Shown here in pieces: positions 23,415-36,993 of a stretch of 64,000 bases of DNA. The stretch is from assembly GCA_002633005.1 (NCBI GenBank), contig NMRA01000456.1, forward strand, positions 125,147 to 189,146, read 5' to 3'. Within the stretch, counting starts at the first letter, position 1. Every line of letters begins with the position of its first letter. The translations under genes were made by a program, and so were the position numbers. Origin of the DNA: Phoronis australis. Its lineage: Eukaryota; Animalia; Phoronida. The notes under the pieces are model-generated. The model was not told the DNA's origin and made no database searches. It worked only from the letters and a program-made list of their open reading frames with translations.

Positions 23415-26400
23415 GTAACTGTCATTATTTGTTGGATTAAGGGCGCCGCATATTTTACTTCTCACTTGAAATTTGAAGCAAGGCCAAGCAGTTGAAAACA
23501 TTTTAAGTGTTAAAAACAGTCTTGTGTGGCTTCAGAGTCAGCTTGAGCCGTGCAGGTCACATAGAATGACTGAATATAAACTATTTTCATTGCACTCGCT
23601 GCATTGAACAGGGCTTCCTCTAGGCAGTGACACATCCTGCTTGCTGAAAGATTTTCTGCAAATCTCGGTGAAACCTGATTAATTTAGTCACGTTACGATA
23701 TGTATCTTTCAAGTGTAGCTGGACACCTTTGGAGGCAGGTAGAAAAAATAGTCCCGCAATCGACATTTTTTTCTGAATTGTCCTTATGAAGTGTTATAAT
23801 GCGTGCTGTCAACATTTGCAATTTGGTCGCATTTTCTTGGAATTGTTGGGATATGTTGTTCTGTGCGTAACTTATGTATTTCAAAGATTATTTTGACTAA
23901 ATTTTCAAAAAAGTAAACTTGCAAAGTGTTGTAGCAAATGCGTATTTTCAAAGATTCGACTGTATTTTCCTGACATCTGTGTAAACAAATGCTCTTCAGC
24001 GTGCTGTCCCCTTCAGTGAGGGTATTGATTACCTTGTCCACAATTGTAATTTTGTTGTTTATGTTTGTACCAGGTTTCATGCGACAGTGGTAAAGGCATT
24101 AGTATCGGTCAGATTGATGACTCCAATGACACTAGCGCAGTAGATAGCGTCATCAGTGAAATAGAGCCTATTGTTCTACAAGAATTTGAGTTCCCTTCTG
24201 ATCTCTGCGGCCTTCTCATAGGAAGAAAGGGTCGGAATATTACGGAGATGAAGAATAAATCGGGAGCTAACATCTCGCTGAGTGAGCTGCCGTATACGCA
24301 GTCCTATCAGAAGTGTACTGTCAAAGGTAAAAGATTTTTTTGTTTATGAGGTTTTAAGTTAATGGCAACACACGATTGTTTTTCCTTGGCTTTTGTCCAT
24401 TTTTGTGCTGATCCCATTTCTTTATTAGTTCTTGTCGCCTGGTTGAGGTAATTCGGTAGTGTAATGGTAAATACAGTTGTAACATCTGTTCATCCGTACT
24501 TGCCCTTATAGGTTCCCTGTTCTTGTACTTGCCCGTAACGCAGGGATATACCCAGGTTTCAAAACTCCGCTTGGCAGCTGTGCGAGTGAGCCAGAAAATC
24601 TACTCGCCCGGCCCAAAGTTCAGTCGCCTGGCCGTTTTGCATTGGTCACCACAAACTAGCTGTCAACATCAATAAAAATGATCATTTCTTGGGTTGATGT
24701 TACCATCTATTAGGACCAGTATCGTTTTTAGAAAATGCAGAATTCCTACCAAGAAACTTTCAACATCTATGAATTCCCAGCAACACAAGACGTAGCCTTG
24801 GCGCAAAGCTATATACTAATATACAGCTATGCGCCGATGTGGGTAAAGGACCGACTAGATAAAATCGGACACAAAGTTAGTGTCATTAAAAATTACATTC
24901 TTCCTTGAGTACACTATTATTCAGCTGCTGAAATTGCGGCACTATCTTTGTGTCGACTTTCGGCACCATGAAATATTGCATCACCCATTGGCCAGTTTCT
25001 TTGTTTGCTGATTCTTCAATCAACTGTTGTTTTTTTACGAGGTTGCGTACACATCACAACAAGTTATTGCAACTGGTTTCACTTCAGTATTTTAGTACCA
25101 GCAAACCAAATTTCAGAATAAATTTTGTTGTCATCTCCGGAGAGATGTATCGTAAAACTTTAGGAAATGGCGTGTAAGCGTGTCATGAGCGTACTGTTTT
25201 CAAAACGACATACTTTTCTTTGTTACAAAAGACAGAGAATGACCCAAGAAAATGATGTTTATTAGATTGTTCTTCATTTAAACGACTGTAACGGGCAAGG
25301 TGAGCGGTGGTTGACTCCTAGATTTTGCATGCACCCCCCGCCAGTCTTTAGCTCTACATGTAGATACTAGAACTACCCGGGCTCCGTGCAATTTCGAGGA
25401 CTATCGAAGCTCAACAAAGTGGTACTTAACTGTATTTTGACAATGGTCTTCCTACAGCTAGCTGGCTGGCTTCGCAAGAGGATACGTCATCCAACACAGT
25501 AACTGCGTTTTAATTAAAATTCCACGCCGTCTTCTGTGTCTTAAAGTCAGGCCCGCCCTTTCTGCCTACCAGATTCAAAATCTCGCCTTAAATTAAAATG
25601 ATTGTCCTTGTTATCGTTATTAGCAAAAAAAAAATAACGCTGCAATTTTCAGCTAAATTGATCATATATTTATACAGTCTGTTTGGTGCAGTCATGAGAT
25701 TTCCATGTGCAAGGGCTTTTTCCGTATATTGGTCCAGCCATATGATTAAGCAATACGCTACAGCACAACATTTCTCGGTGTGGCCACTGGCAAGACAATG
25801 AGTACTGTACTATTCCCATCCCTTGAAAACTGTTCTAGTCCATGCACGAGCCTCCGCCTCGCTGTAATGTTGGTATTTAGCCGTGACTATACACTTCAAA
25901 CTTCCGCCATGCCTCAAAACGAACACAAAAGTTCTGCTGATATTGCGAGGACCAAGGGTCTGGCCTTTCAGAACAGAAGTAGTGTACTTGTCTACGGGAT
26001 TGCTTTGTAGATATTTCCCGCTTTCAACAGGAATCCAAGTTTCTTTGTAGGCCTGCTTTAGGCCTACTGCTTGTGCAAATTTCTTTAGATACAATGCACA
26101 TCTAGTTCGTTAGATTGCGTGGCTCTGGCCAAAAGACAGTCTCTGCTCTGGCAAATGAACTCTGGTGGCACGCACGCTCTCGCTTACTAACAAACGCAGA
26201 CAACTTCAAAACAAACGTCACGTGACAACATGTGTTTTCGTCCAGACATTTTTCTCATGTTGCCGATCATACATGTAGATGGCATAAATTTTAATTGTGT
26301 TCAGTGCACTTAATGTATTGGTTTGATTTAATTTCACTAGGATCTCAGTGTGCCGTGGATGAAGCTGTCCGGTTGATACAGAGCAGGTTTGGCTCCGATG

Positions 26401-29400
26401 TGGACGTTAATAGAAAGGTGAAGAATCAAAATCAGATGATGATCCCGAATGAGACGATGCAGGTAGGCAGAGTATACTTTAATTATGTAGAGTATACTTT
26501 AATTATATAGGGTATACCTTACTTATATACTTAGAATGCTCATTACACACAAACAGTTACATGTAAACATAAACTAATAAAATGTATATTTTACAACTGT
26601 CTACATGGCTGTGTCACAATTTGCATCTCTTTGTCATTAAACATTATGTTATACATAATGGTATACGTGCCTTTTAATTTTTTGCTGAAAATGATAACGT
26701 GTAACCGTGATAATTGTTTTTGTGAATTAATGCAATGCATGATTGCAACGTCAAAACATGATGCACTGTTCGGGAAATAGGATATAGCAACCGGAGAAGC
26801 CCTGTTTTAGTGAACAATTAAGGACTTCTGTAGACTCCCTTACTAACTGTATCTACTAGAGCCAACTTTGAATTCTTGTTCAGGAAAATCTGTGTTATGC
26901 TTTAGCATTTTAATACTATGTTACTTTGTCTGGATGTGCTCAACATCAAATTGACATGACTGGCAAAGGCAGTCTACATGACGGTTCACTTTATACTCAA
27001 AAGCATTTTCTTGTGCAGAAGTCAAGAAGCTATACTGAGAATGGAAGTGAAGCATGTGTTTTATGGTTCTACTTAATGGTCTTGTTTCAGTTAAGTCTGC
27101 CAGAAGGTGTCTCTGTTGATGTCATCGTCTCTAGTATCGTCAGTGGTGGTCATTTATTTGTACAGCAAATGACGCACCCAACCTTCCCTTCATTGGAGAG
27201 GCTGAATCAATGTATGCTTACCTGTTACTCTCAGCTACAAGATGTCATTGTTCCTCAGCTTCCGCGGCCTATTGAGGGTGAGTCACTTGAGGGGTTCACC
27301 TAGTCACTTCAGGGGTTCACCTAAGTACAGGGCTCTGTTTCACGAAAAGTGTCCTTAAGTCCTGCATTTTGTCTTTCACTCCACATAAGTATTTAACAAA
27401 AATATTTGTATCTCGCTTTACGAAAAATACAAAATCTCTGAGAATATATCCATACTTGTAGTTACTGAGGTAATGTGTAGAACTTGTGTCGAGGTTGTGA
27501 GGTGCTACTGGTCACATTGCTAAGTCTTTATTCAGTTATTTTGAAGTGGAAGTGTAAAACAAATTTCTGGCTTCAGTCTTATCTCATATTTCATGAAACA
27601 AACCCCTGGTCTGGGCAAGAACTTAGTAAGACTGGTTCCTCATTACTTAGGTTTTGTAACCTGTAGTACACGATGTTTCATCATTCTGATAAGTTGAACA
27701 GTTTAATTTACTTATTGTCTAGTAATATTTTATCCGTCTATGATTTGAACTTTCATAATACGCGCATCTTGATGGCACAGTCGGTGTGCATATGACTGAA
27801 TTATTTTTCTTGTGTGTTTGTGTGTGTGTGTGTGTGTGTTGGACAAAAGGGGCGTGGTTATTTATTACCTCCGATCCTTACAGTGGGTGTGATCTGTGCT
27901 GCGCCTATGATGAACGGCTGGTATCGGGCCCAAGTTGTCAACACATTAGAGGAAACGGATGAGTGTTACGTCCGATACGTTGATTATGGAGGCTACACGC
28001 TTGTAGCAGCCAGTCAACTCAAACAGATACGTAGTGACTTCATGTCACTGCCATTCCAAGCTGTGGAAGGCTATCTGGCTAATGTGTCTCATCTGCAAGG
28101 TATGACGCTCGAACCACCTAGTAGTCAGTTTGTGTTGACCTATGATGACCTCTTATCGTGTCTACTTTAACTTGCTATGACTTAATCGTATGTCATCTGT
28201 CACATGACCTGTCAGTGGCCTGCTGTACTCCTCATAATGTGAATGAAGTGTTGCTATCTCCTGAAATCTTAAGTCCAGAATTAGATTAGATTTTTAATTT
28301 AAATTGTTCCCACAACTAGAAGACTGAAATTCTACATTATGTTTATCGTGGTCTTTGTAAATTTTGAATTAAAACTTTTTCCAGGTGAAAGTGAGTTCAG
28401 CCTAGAATCAGCTGCCATTGTTGAAGAGTTGACCCAGGGCTATGTACTCAAGTGTCAAATCTCCGGATATGCTGAGGACGGGATACCTTACTTGCAGCTC
28501 TATAACGTTATTGGAGGCCGGGTGAGTTCTAGTGGCTTACTCAATGATGAAAGAGGTCACTACAGGAGCATAATCATAAAAATTCCAACTTGGAGTTCAA
28601 TTGCCTGACTTTCACGTTATCATTTTCCTTGGCTCAAGTCTGTATACTTAATTGCGTATAAAGTTCGTGGGGGCTGTATTCTGAGATTTACTCAACTTGA
28701 GGTTTTTTTCTTATGTTGTGATGTTTTTCCTTATCTCTTGACAATGTCCTTGAAGTTTTTACTTCAGTCCTGAAAATTTCCTAATCTATTTAAAAATTTC
28801 CTTAACTTTTTCCTTAACTTCAACGAAGCCTGACACCTCCCGTGAATATTTAAGGACAAAATGGCAGTGCCTGAGGAAAAATTCTTGCTTCATTTTTTCC
28901 TGAGCCATAGATCAAATTCTGCTGATAATTGAAACTTGAAATGGTCATTGAAAATGAAACGAGCAATATGGACAAACCCTGAAAGTTGGTGAAACCATAG
29001 TTGTAGACTAATCAAACTCAATTTTACTCTCGATACAGGTTAAATCAATACTTTTTTGTTATTAGTTTACATTTAACCTGAATCACATTTCAGCTTTTGT
29101 TGGCTCTCCTCGGCTACATTTTCGTCTTACCATGTGTTTCCAAACTGGTAATGTTACATTATAAGTCACTATGAAGTCCAAGCAATGTCATTTTAAAATG
29201 TGTTGAAGGGAAGTCAAAGCGCCTTGCTTTTTTACTTCAAAACTTTCCAGTGATTTGTCTGTAAAAAATAGTTTTCCTTAGTATGCTTTGACCATCGTAT
29301 ATGTCAAGCTAGTCTGACTTACATGTGCTGGGGATCTTGGTATATGTGAGGCTAGCATTGTTTAGCTTGAGCAAACACAATATCAAATCATTAAAGCAGA

Positions 29401-29929
29401 TCTGCGGCTGAGGTAAAAGGCATAGTCTAAGAATGATTAGATTAGGGTGCTCCCTCACTGAGGTTATGTTCAAACTGATGCAAAATTTAGGAATACCTCC
29501 AGTGATATTCTGGATGGACTAGTTGACTCAATGTGTGCACTGCTTTATAGTGTAATAGCAATGTAGTACATTCTCGTTTGAACTCGGTCTTCTCTTGTTA
29601 GTAATCAAAGCCTTTTAGTGTATGTTTGTCCTTTTTTACTATGTTCTGCATTATATATTGTTTTCTTCACTAATGGAGATTTTGATATTGAATTTAGAAA
29701 TAACTGTGGAAACATGTTGTTGTCCATCCAACAATGTCAGTGCCAATGTTGAAGTGAATCCACTGTACAGAACTGGAGAGCCATATTGTTGTCTCCTGTC
29801 CAACAGTGTCATTGTAGTGTTTAAGTGGGTCGATAAGTTAATTTGACGTGTGACCATCTGTTTCAGACGTCCATTGTTAATCGTGAACTAGTCAACAGAG
29901 GTGTAGCTCGCTGGTTGGAAGAACAGTAA
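22578..29929 (+). CDS. AKAP1: AKAP1/spoonbill-like mitochondrial KH and Tudor domain protein, 7 coding exons, about 604 aa
   Basis: N-terminal TM plus basic anchor (VGAVAVTTLLALLGLVWFQRRKR), HSEVSCDSGKG motif, KH domain (FEFPSDLCGLLIGRKG), Tudor domain (WYRAQV..VRYVDYGGY..QIRSDFMSLPFQA), C-terminal NRELVNRGVARW; exons sum to 1815 nt in frame. Confidence 0.93.
24074..24326 (+). CDS. AKAP1: AKAP1 exon (KH domain)
   Basis: VSCDSGKG..LIGRKGRNITEMKNKSGANI. Confidence 0.93.
26341..26462 (+). CDS. AKAP1: AKAP1 exon
   Basis: SQCAVDEAVRLIQSRF.. (end of KH domain). Confidence 0.9.
27091..27277 (+). CDS. AKAP1: AKAP1 exon
   Basis: LSLPEGVSVDVIVSSIVSGGHLFVQQMTHPTFPSLERL. Confidence 0.93.
27328..27608. 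mobile_element. MITE, Harbinger-like termini; related copies near 30710-30980 and 45410
   Basis: CAGGGCTCTGTTTCACGAAA ... TTTCATGAAACAAACCCCTG; shared core cagaaatttggtctt..cacttc in the other copies. Confidence 0.6.
27884..28099 (+). CDS. AKAP1: AKAP1 exon (Tudor core)
   Basis: GVICAAPMMNGWYRAQV..YVDYGGY. Confidence 0.94.
28385..28521 (+). CDS. AKAP1: AKAP1 exon
   Basis: ESEFSLESAAIVEELTQG..GYAEDGIPYLQLY. Confidence 0.92.
29867..29929 (+). CDS. AKAP1: AKAP1 terminal coding exon
   Basis: TSIVNRELVNRGVARWLEEQ*. Confidence 0.9.
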   Translation, partial: TSIVNRELVNRGVARWLEEQ

Positions 29930-30140
29930 AGCTGTGAAGATGAACAGTTGAGCAATTCACTTGATCACGAGAACTGGGAAAATGAACAACTGAACAAGGC
30001 ACTTGAACAATTGAGTTGGAAGTATGAGCAACTGTTCAAGGCAATTTAAATAGTAGAGCTGGGAAGATGAATAGTGGAGCAAAGCAATTGAACAGTAGAG
30101 CTGAGCAGTTGAACAACTGAGCAAGGCACTTGAACAATCG
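29921..30140. repeat. Degenerate about 42-bp tandem repeat x5 starting at the AKAP1 stop codon
   Basis: gaacagtaaagctg at 29921 recurs as gaacagtagagctg at 30090; gaacaactga(a/g)caaggcacttgaacaat is repeated. Confidence 0.75.
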
Positions 30141-33100
30141 AATCATGAATACTAATACTAGTTCTCATGTTGAATCTTGATTTGAATTTGCATTTTGTGC
30201 TTTATTTTAATTAGTCTTAAGATGTATAGGACACTCGAACAATAAGAGGTAGGCCTACACATTTTTCCATGCCAAATTCTAACTTAAAGTTGTTATAAAT
30301 TTGCCTTTTGTCTAAAAACTGCTTAAGTTTTAATTTGAGACACGACCATTATAAATCTGCATTTAACTTCTTCCTTATTCAGATTAGAGGCAATCACTGG
30401 GTTTGGGAAGAACTCCGAGTTCATTATTGCTGAAGATCAGGCCTGCTTAGTTGGTTTTTCATGGCATGTCATTTTATGCACTAATCAATATATCGAGTAG
30501 TGGCGAACTGCCACTTCTTTCTAAACTCAGAGGTCATTCATCATCTGGGTTAGGAATACTTACAGACCAATTTCATAGGGGAATGTATTTGGTGGGTGTT
30601 GGGCACGTCTACAGCTGCTTGAACTTTAAATTTGTTTCATAACTTTTATCCAAGAGCGGAAACGTAGTTACCGTTTTGTTGTCTTGTTTTATCACTTGAG
30701 GTTAAGAGGTCCTGCGTTTCGTGTTATAAAAATGACTTAAAGCAGAAATTTGGTCTTGCACTCCCACTTCATAAAGACTTAGTCGAGTAATTACGAGCGC
30801 ATCACAGTCTAGGAATAATTTATGGAAATTAGACAGTAACCAGCAGTTTATATATGTGTATATTCTGAGAGACTGCAATTTTGCTTAAGTGAGATTTGAT
30901 TGTTTTTCAGAAATAGTTGCATGAAGAGTAAGACCAATTTTCTGTCTTAATTCTTAAGTCAATTTTCATTATTTAGACCCTTGGGGAATGTTGATACAAA
31001 CCTGCTAAAGGCGTTATGCAATGTTAATGCCTCGTACCTAATTCAATCTCGGAACATTCGAGCCCTTAACATGATGGTGAAACGGTTGGGAATGGGCAGA
31101 AATGGGCAACTTAAAGGGAAACTTCCCTCGAGTGTGATGTCTGTGGGAGGTCTTACTCGGGATGTGCTACTTTCTCACTCAGTTTTTTTTTCTGATTCTC
31201 GAAATTGTAACACGAAATACATTGGCGTTTTGGGCTCATAGGTTATTGCAGCTTACTTTGCATTATTGAGTGATGTTTATCTTGTCAACTTGTATTGGTA
31301 ATGGAGAGTTCTGTGTTATAGGGGTTGTGGGAATCGCCGCATCAGCACCATCTTTAAACATCTTTTACCTGTGTACACCATTTTCCATGTGTTGATGTGT
31401 TTGCCCTGTTCTAGTTATCTTGCATAATAATCTTCAGATTGCAGTTAATGGGAGACTTTAAATAGCAATGTGGCGACTGGTCGTGTGGAACCGGATACCA
31501 GTGTCGTCTAGAGGACGAGGTGGCATTTTATAACTTTTGTTCAAAACATTCCGTTGTGATCAAATACACTCTACAAGGGCCTTTTTGCAAAGTCAAACTT
31601 CCCCTGTACCACCCACTGCGAAAACAAAGTAACTCCTGATACAGCCAGCTGGCGATATTAGTCATTGGTCCCATGTTATCAGCCGTCATTGCTTCCTGAA
31701 GGTCTCCCATTGGAATTAACAAGTTTTATTCTGCGTCATGACCAATGCATGCTAGAAGGTCCAAGTGATGACTCTGAACACTGGGTTACCTATGTGTACT
31801 CGCCTCACTTGTGTCCTTGTTTGGTGGCGTAGGAATATCAGCAATGCTGAACCCTAATTCTGTAATTCTGTCGTTAAAAGGTAACTTTAGAACATTGTTA
31901 TCTCTTTTACATAAAATGTAAGAAACAATGCAAGATAGTTTTTTGGGTAAGCGAGTGTTTACTAGTCTTGTACTTTAAATTTTGTCTGGATATTATTTAA
32001 GACAAGGGTATAGAGTAGTGCCAAGTTGAGTATATTATTTCTGCAGCTGCCTTGTTCACTGAAAACTTGATCATTAATACTTGTTTGAAATTTTTGACTT
32101 TGACCCAGTCTCTATGTTTGGCTTTGATCTTGACTGCATGGTATGGAATGCATAGTCTTGAAATGAACTGAAGTTGCATCTTTAAATGTGTATTCCGTCT
32201 TTTATTGGTTTCATTGTTTCGAACCTATTTTGAATGTTTCAATATGAACCAACTTTCATTGTGTTCACTCTGTGTATGAGCATGTTTGTGCAATGCATAT
32301 ACATTTTATATTTTGCTTTACTGTTCAATTTAGGCATTTACTTTTTATATTCCTAGAAGTATCTGTTTTACCAATCCCAGGGAGTGGAAACTATTCCATC
32401 GTTGTGACAAAATTCCATCCGAAATTCCGAAACGGCAATCGTCAAACCTGTGGTATAAACACCAAACCTGCAGGACAAACTTCATACTCGCATCCCTGAA
32501 CTCCACTTGCCAAAAGTACTTGATGCCCAATGCCCATGAAATCGTTTCCACTCCCTGAACACTTGGTATTATAATTGTTTAACATTGCGCGGTGGAGGTA
32601 GGGGTACTGTAGTACAAAATATCAGGACGTCCATTTTTGAGCTCGTTTACTTTGTAATGTTTCCCACGACTCGCATTTACAGTTGAAGGTATTCGTTGAT
32701 CATTACCTTCAGGAACATATCAATTTTTCGTGCTCCGTATTATTTTTTGGTTCGTATTAAACTGTTATTCCGGTAAGTCATTTTTTGGTCCGTATTAAAC
32801 TGTTATTCCGGTAAGTCGGATTTTGCTTAACAAGGCAAAATTTCAGTTCAGTAGGATCCAACGTGTGATGTTTTACTTCATGAACAATACTTATTGCATG
32901 TTATATGGTCACATTGAGGACTTCAGCTAGTTAAGAAAATGGAAAATCAGCCGAATTATCTTTTAAATTTTGCCAGCCCACTCAGCATGTGGCCATGTGT
33001 TACGTTGACTGGTTCAGGGCACCCTATTGATTTCAAATGTATGCTTTATGATGTAATCAGGTTTTCATTGTGATGTCTACATTATTATGGGCCCCTGTCA

Positions 33101-35859
33101 ATTAATTACTCAGGTAAGATTTTGATGACATTCATCAGCTCCTTAGGTATAACAGACTTTAAGGTTACTTATGACCTTATTGAAAAGTCTGCAAGAAAAC
33201 TATAAAACTATAACATAACTGAAAGTATATATTTTCTGAAGAAAGCCTTTTGACTTTACCAAATTGCAATTGTCACGTGGCTCCATCTTTAGTAAAATGT
33301 AGGAAAAACTATTCATAGCAACAACGTGACCAAAGTTTGCTTAATATAATCAAAAAATCTCAAAATATATTTCTTGGTTGTTACTTTGGCAAGTTACATC
33401 ATAAAAATGAATCTTTGATAAAAATGAGTCTCCTTGTGCAATAGTAGATCATTTCAAAGAAACAATTCCTAATGGTGTTTTGGAGATCAATGCATAAAGC
33501 ATAGTATCTGAAAAGTTCATACGAGTCCAACTGGCCAATTTTGAGATACGGTGTTCTATAGTTGGCCAAATTTAGACTTTTTTTCTAAGGTCCTACATAA
33601 CCGTTAAGTGAAAGTGTCACAAATGTCCTCCAATAAGGAGCATGTCTTTTTCATTGTGAACATCTGCAGTAGCTTTGTTTTGTTGCCCCATTGGCTAGGA
33701 AAGCATTAGGGTTTTTAGTAATTCTTATTGAAAAGTGAGAAATGAATCAAGTATGCACTGTTTGCTTATGTTAGATTAATAAAGCTAGATGTGTGATATG
33801 GACAAAAATGTTTTTAAAATCTCTGTTTGGTCGTGCCAAGTGTGGGACCAACCAGTCATGTTGATCTATATCAGGATATATACTGTGGAAGAAAATATGA
33901 ACTACAGAACACACACACTTATTTGTCAGTCAATCTTGCGTACTAAATCAAACTAAAGCAACAGTTTAGTTCATTATGTCTATTTTACAAAGCATCGTAT
34001 AAATTACACATCTCAGTTACAGAAATGCATTAGACATCTGTCAGCTCCACCTAGTGGCCAGTGATGTCATGGCCAATAGGAAGTACCTTATATTTAAAAT
34101 ACTTGTTCTCGTAAAATGACCTAACTTGCATAACAGCTGCTAACCAATATTGTGACCCAAAGCCTCCACACAATATGAGTGTGGCATGAGCTTAGTGGAA
34201 AATACTGGAGCTTACAGAGTTACGGTTACGTAGACTGTGGTAATTCAAGCTTGATTTTGACTCCTAATTGAGCTTAGTTAGACGAAGCTAGTGCTAGGGT
34301 TAATGAAGGAGTTGTGCATGAACTTTGTTCACATGACTAGATACTGACTGAAGCAGTATAATTGACAACCACATAATTATAACTTAAAACAGAGCTAAGG
34401 CTACATAAACTCTCAATACTGTACACTAAACATCTTATTCAAGAAAAGCATGTTGTCAGAAAGGTAAATTGAAGGCAACAATTGTATCTACATGATACTA
34501 ACAATCTGAAAGTTGATTACAGCCTGAATTCACAAACACCTAAGTGATGGCACGGATTCATTTACTAAGGTTTCAGTGAATGTTATAGGTGCAATTCAAT
34601 TGTCCAATAGACAATCCATAGCCATACAGCATAGAATAGAACCGACAATCCATATCCACACAGCATAGAAAAGAATTGTCCAACTGACTCACATTCCTAC
34701 CTTTCTTATCACTTATATTAAAGCAGGCATTACTGACGGAGCTCAACAGGGGCAAATAAAACTTAACATTTTACAAGATATAGCCCATTTAATTCATCCA
34801 CGGAAGTACTGAAGCAGACATGACAATACAAATGAGATATTTATGAGCAACCACCATCTCCAAGGTTTGACATACAATGAATGGTGTATGAATATGCAAT
34901 AGGACATCCGTTCAGTCTGACTAGACCTCAATTATTAAATTAGCAATTGATTTTATTTACTGTTTCATTAGATTACAGCTGTGCTTTCTGGCAAAAACAC
35001 TTGGATTTAGGCCACTTACCGTCACAAAACTGATCTCAAAATGTAACTTAGTCTAAGTAGACGTGATTTCAGGGCTTCAAACAAATTAATTGAGTTAATT
35101 TGTTGTTGCTAAAGAGAGAGCAAGTGGTGTGACTTGAAGTTATATGAACTTTGAAATAGTAACAGACCGTCAGTTTCTTCCCAAACCCAGATGCCACTTC
35201 TAGTCAGAGTACGATAAAAATTTGGATTGGTGAAAAATTAATTATTTTGCCTAAGGTCTGGGCTTGTCCCAAATTCTAGAAATGGGCAATATTGGCCGTC
35301 GCAAATGCAAGAATCACCAGAAAGATGGAAAAATTACCTACTCTGAAAACACACTGTCCGAAATTTGGGAAATTTTATAAAATGCCAAAATAGCCTTGTA
35401 CCAGAATGGAGAAAACTCAATCTTTGCTGTTCCAAATTCCAAAGACCGTCCAAAATTGGAGAATTTTTACTGAGAATAATGAACTAAGACATATTATATA
35501 ACTGTAAGCGACCAAAATCACAACTTGTTTTTTGCCTGAAACCACAGGTTAAGTACTACTTAAGTTGACACGTGACTATTTATGAATGTAGCACCTTGAA
35601 CAATGTACAGATGACAAGCACGTGTGCACAGACATATATCCTGCAAATAAAACATTACACTTTCTTAAGTTTCAGTCTGACTTCTACTGAAATCTTTTAT
35701 ATATTACAATACTTTGTTCTTATCAATGAGAAATTGAAACTGTTCAACTAGACTAAGATACTTAGTAAAACTCCTCAAACCCTCTGGAGCGTCCTGCTCA
35801 CTTCTTGAAGAATGTTGGAATGACTGCGACGGGTGGATCATTATGGTGTGCTTTCGTGA

Positions 35860-36060
35860 GATACAATCTGTCAGTCTCCGTGTCTACTGAGTGACAGATT
35901 CAATGCCTTAATGAAGATGGCCTCTTTGATTCCTCGCAAGACGTCATGTCAAACAACAGTCTCCTGTTTCTGGACTGTTAAGTGTCTTAACTGTAGAGTG
36001 TACAGAAGTCTACGCACACTGTTGAAGAGTGTTTGCCTTGTCCAATTGTGAGTATCCCAG
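35860..36060 (-). mobile_element. Penelope-like element remnant (GIY-YIG endonuclease C-terminus)
   Basis: Reverse translation RGIKEAIFIKALNLSLSRHG resembles the PLE RG(I/V)KEAI..PSLNRDGG motif. Confidence 0.65.
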
Positions 36061-36299
36061 ATGGGCGATGAATAATGCCCTTAAAAGTAAGTCACGCATT
36101 GAGAATTGGACTAGCTCGGTGGCTAGGGTGTCGTTACCGTATGTTAAAGGAATGCCTGAAAAGCTACAGTATACTGGGTCTGATTAGGGGATCAATGTTG
36201 CTCACCGTCCGGGTAACATTCTGCAACATTCATGGCATTCGTTAGTGCATCCCAAAGACAAACCTGAAGATAACATCAGCAGTGCAATTTATCACATCT

Positions 36300-36750
36300 G
36301 CTGAGAAGGTAACACTTGTACTGAGCAATACATCTAGAAAACTCAACAACCCCTATGGAAAGAGTTGTACCAACACCGGACGAACCCAGGGGAAGGTGTT
36401 TCGTCAGCAATGTATAGACACTTACATGCGAATGGTCACAAGTTCAATAATGACTATGTTGAAATTTTGAGTAGGCAGAAAAACTGGTTTGAAAGAGGTG
36501 TCTATCTTTGTTAAGGCACCGATTCCATCACTCAATAGATGCACTGGTGGCAGGCTTGTTCTCTCTACTGCTTAGAACACTAGTATTGATCGAATTTCTA
36601 AGCTGGAAGCCCCATTAGTCTCGTCATTCCTCAGAGTAAGCGGTATGCTCCTGATGGCTTGAGGATTATTTGTACGTATAATTTTAAAGTCCAGTTGAAC
36701 AGATTTAATTTATCTTTGATTATGAACTTTCCTGGATGGATTAAGACTTA
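36300..36750 (+). mobile_element. Penelope-like element remnant (GIY-YIG end and pLTR-like tail)
   Basis: Frameshifted ..QQPL..LYQHR..SAMYRHLHANGHKF..KILSRQKNWFERGV..PSLNR; tail gtccagttg..cctggatg. Confidence 0.7.
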
Positions 36751-36901
36751 CAATTTTAAAAAGCTGTTATGACTCACATCTGCACAAATCGCTATCAAAC
36801 CATTGCAAAAGAGATACAGGTCTCCTTTTAGTGATAACTGAACACTGAAGATAGCTCCTGAACTGTGAACACAAAACATATAGACAGTGGTGAATCTGAA
36901 A

Positions 36902-36993
36902 CTAAGAAAATATTGTGACCACTTCACAGCCACCCCCTCGCACCATCAACACCCTCTCTAAGCCTTCAGTCAACACCTCCAGGTACTCCATAT
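36902..36993 (-). CDS. KCC terminal exon
   Basis: [29 protein letters not shown]. Confidence 0.94.

Noticed and set aside
24540-26270. CpG-richer intronic block in AKAP1 with short ORFs, possibly a DNA transposon
   Set aside because: No matching terminal repeats or transposase motifs could be identified by eye.
27870-27883. TCCTTAC near an AKAP1 acceptor, resembling a U12 branch point
   Set aside because: The intron's donor is GTGAGT (U2-type), not GTATCC.
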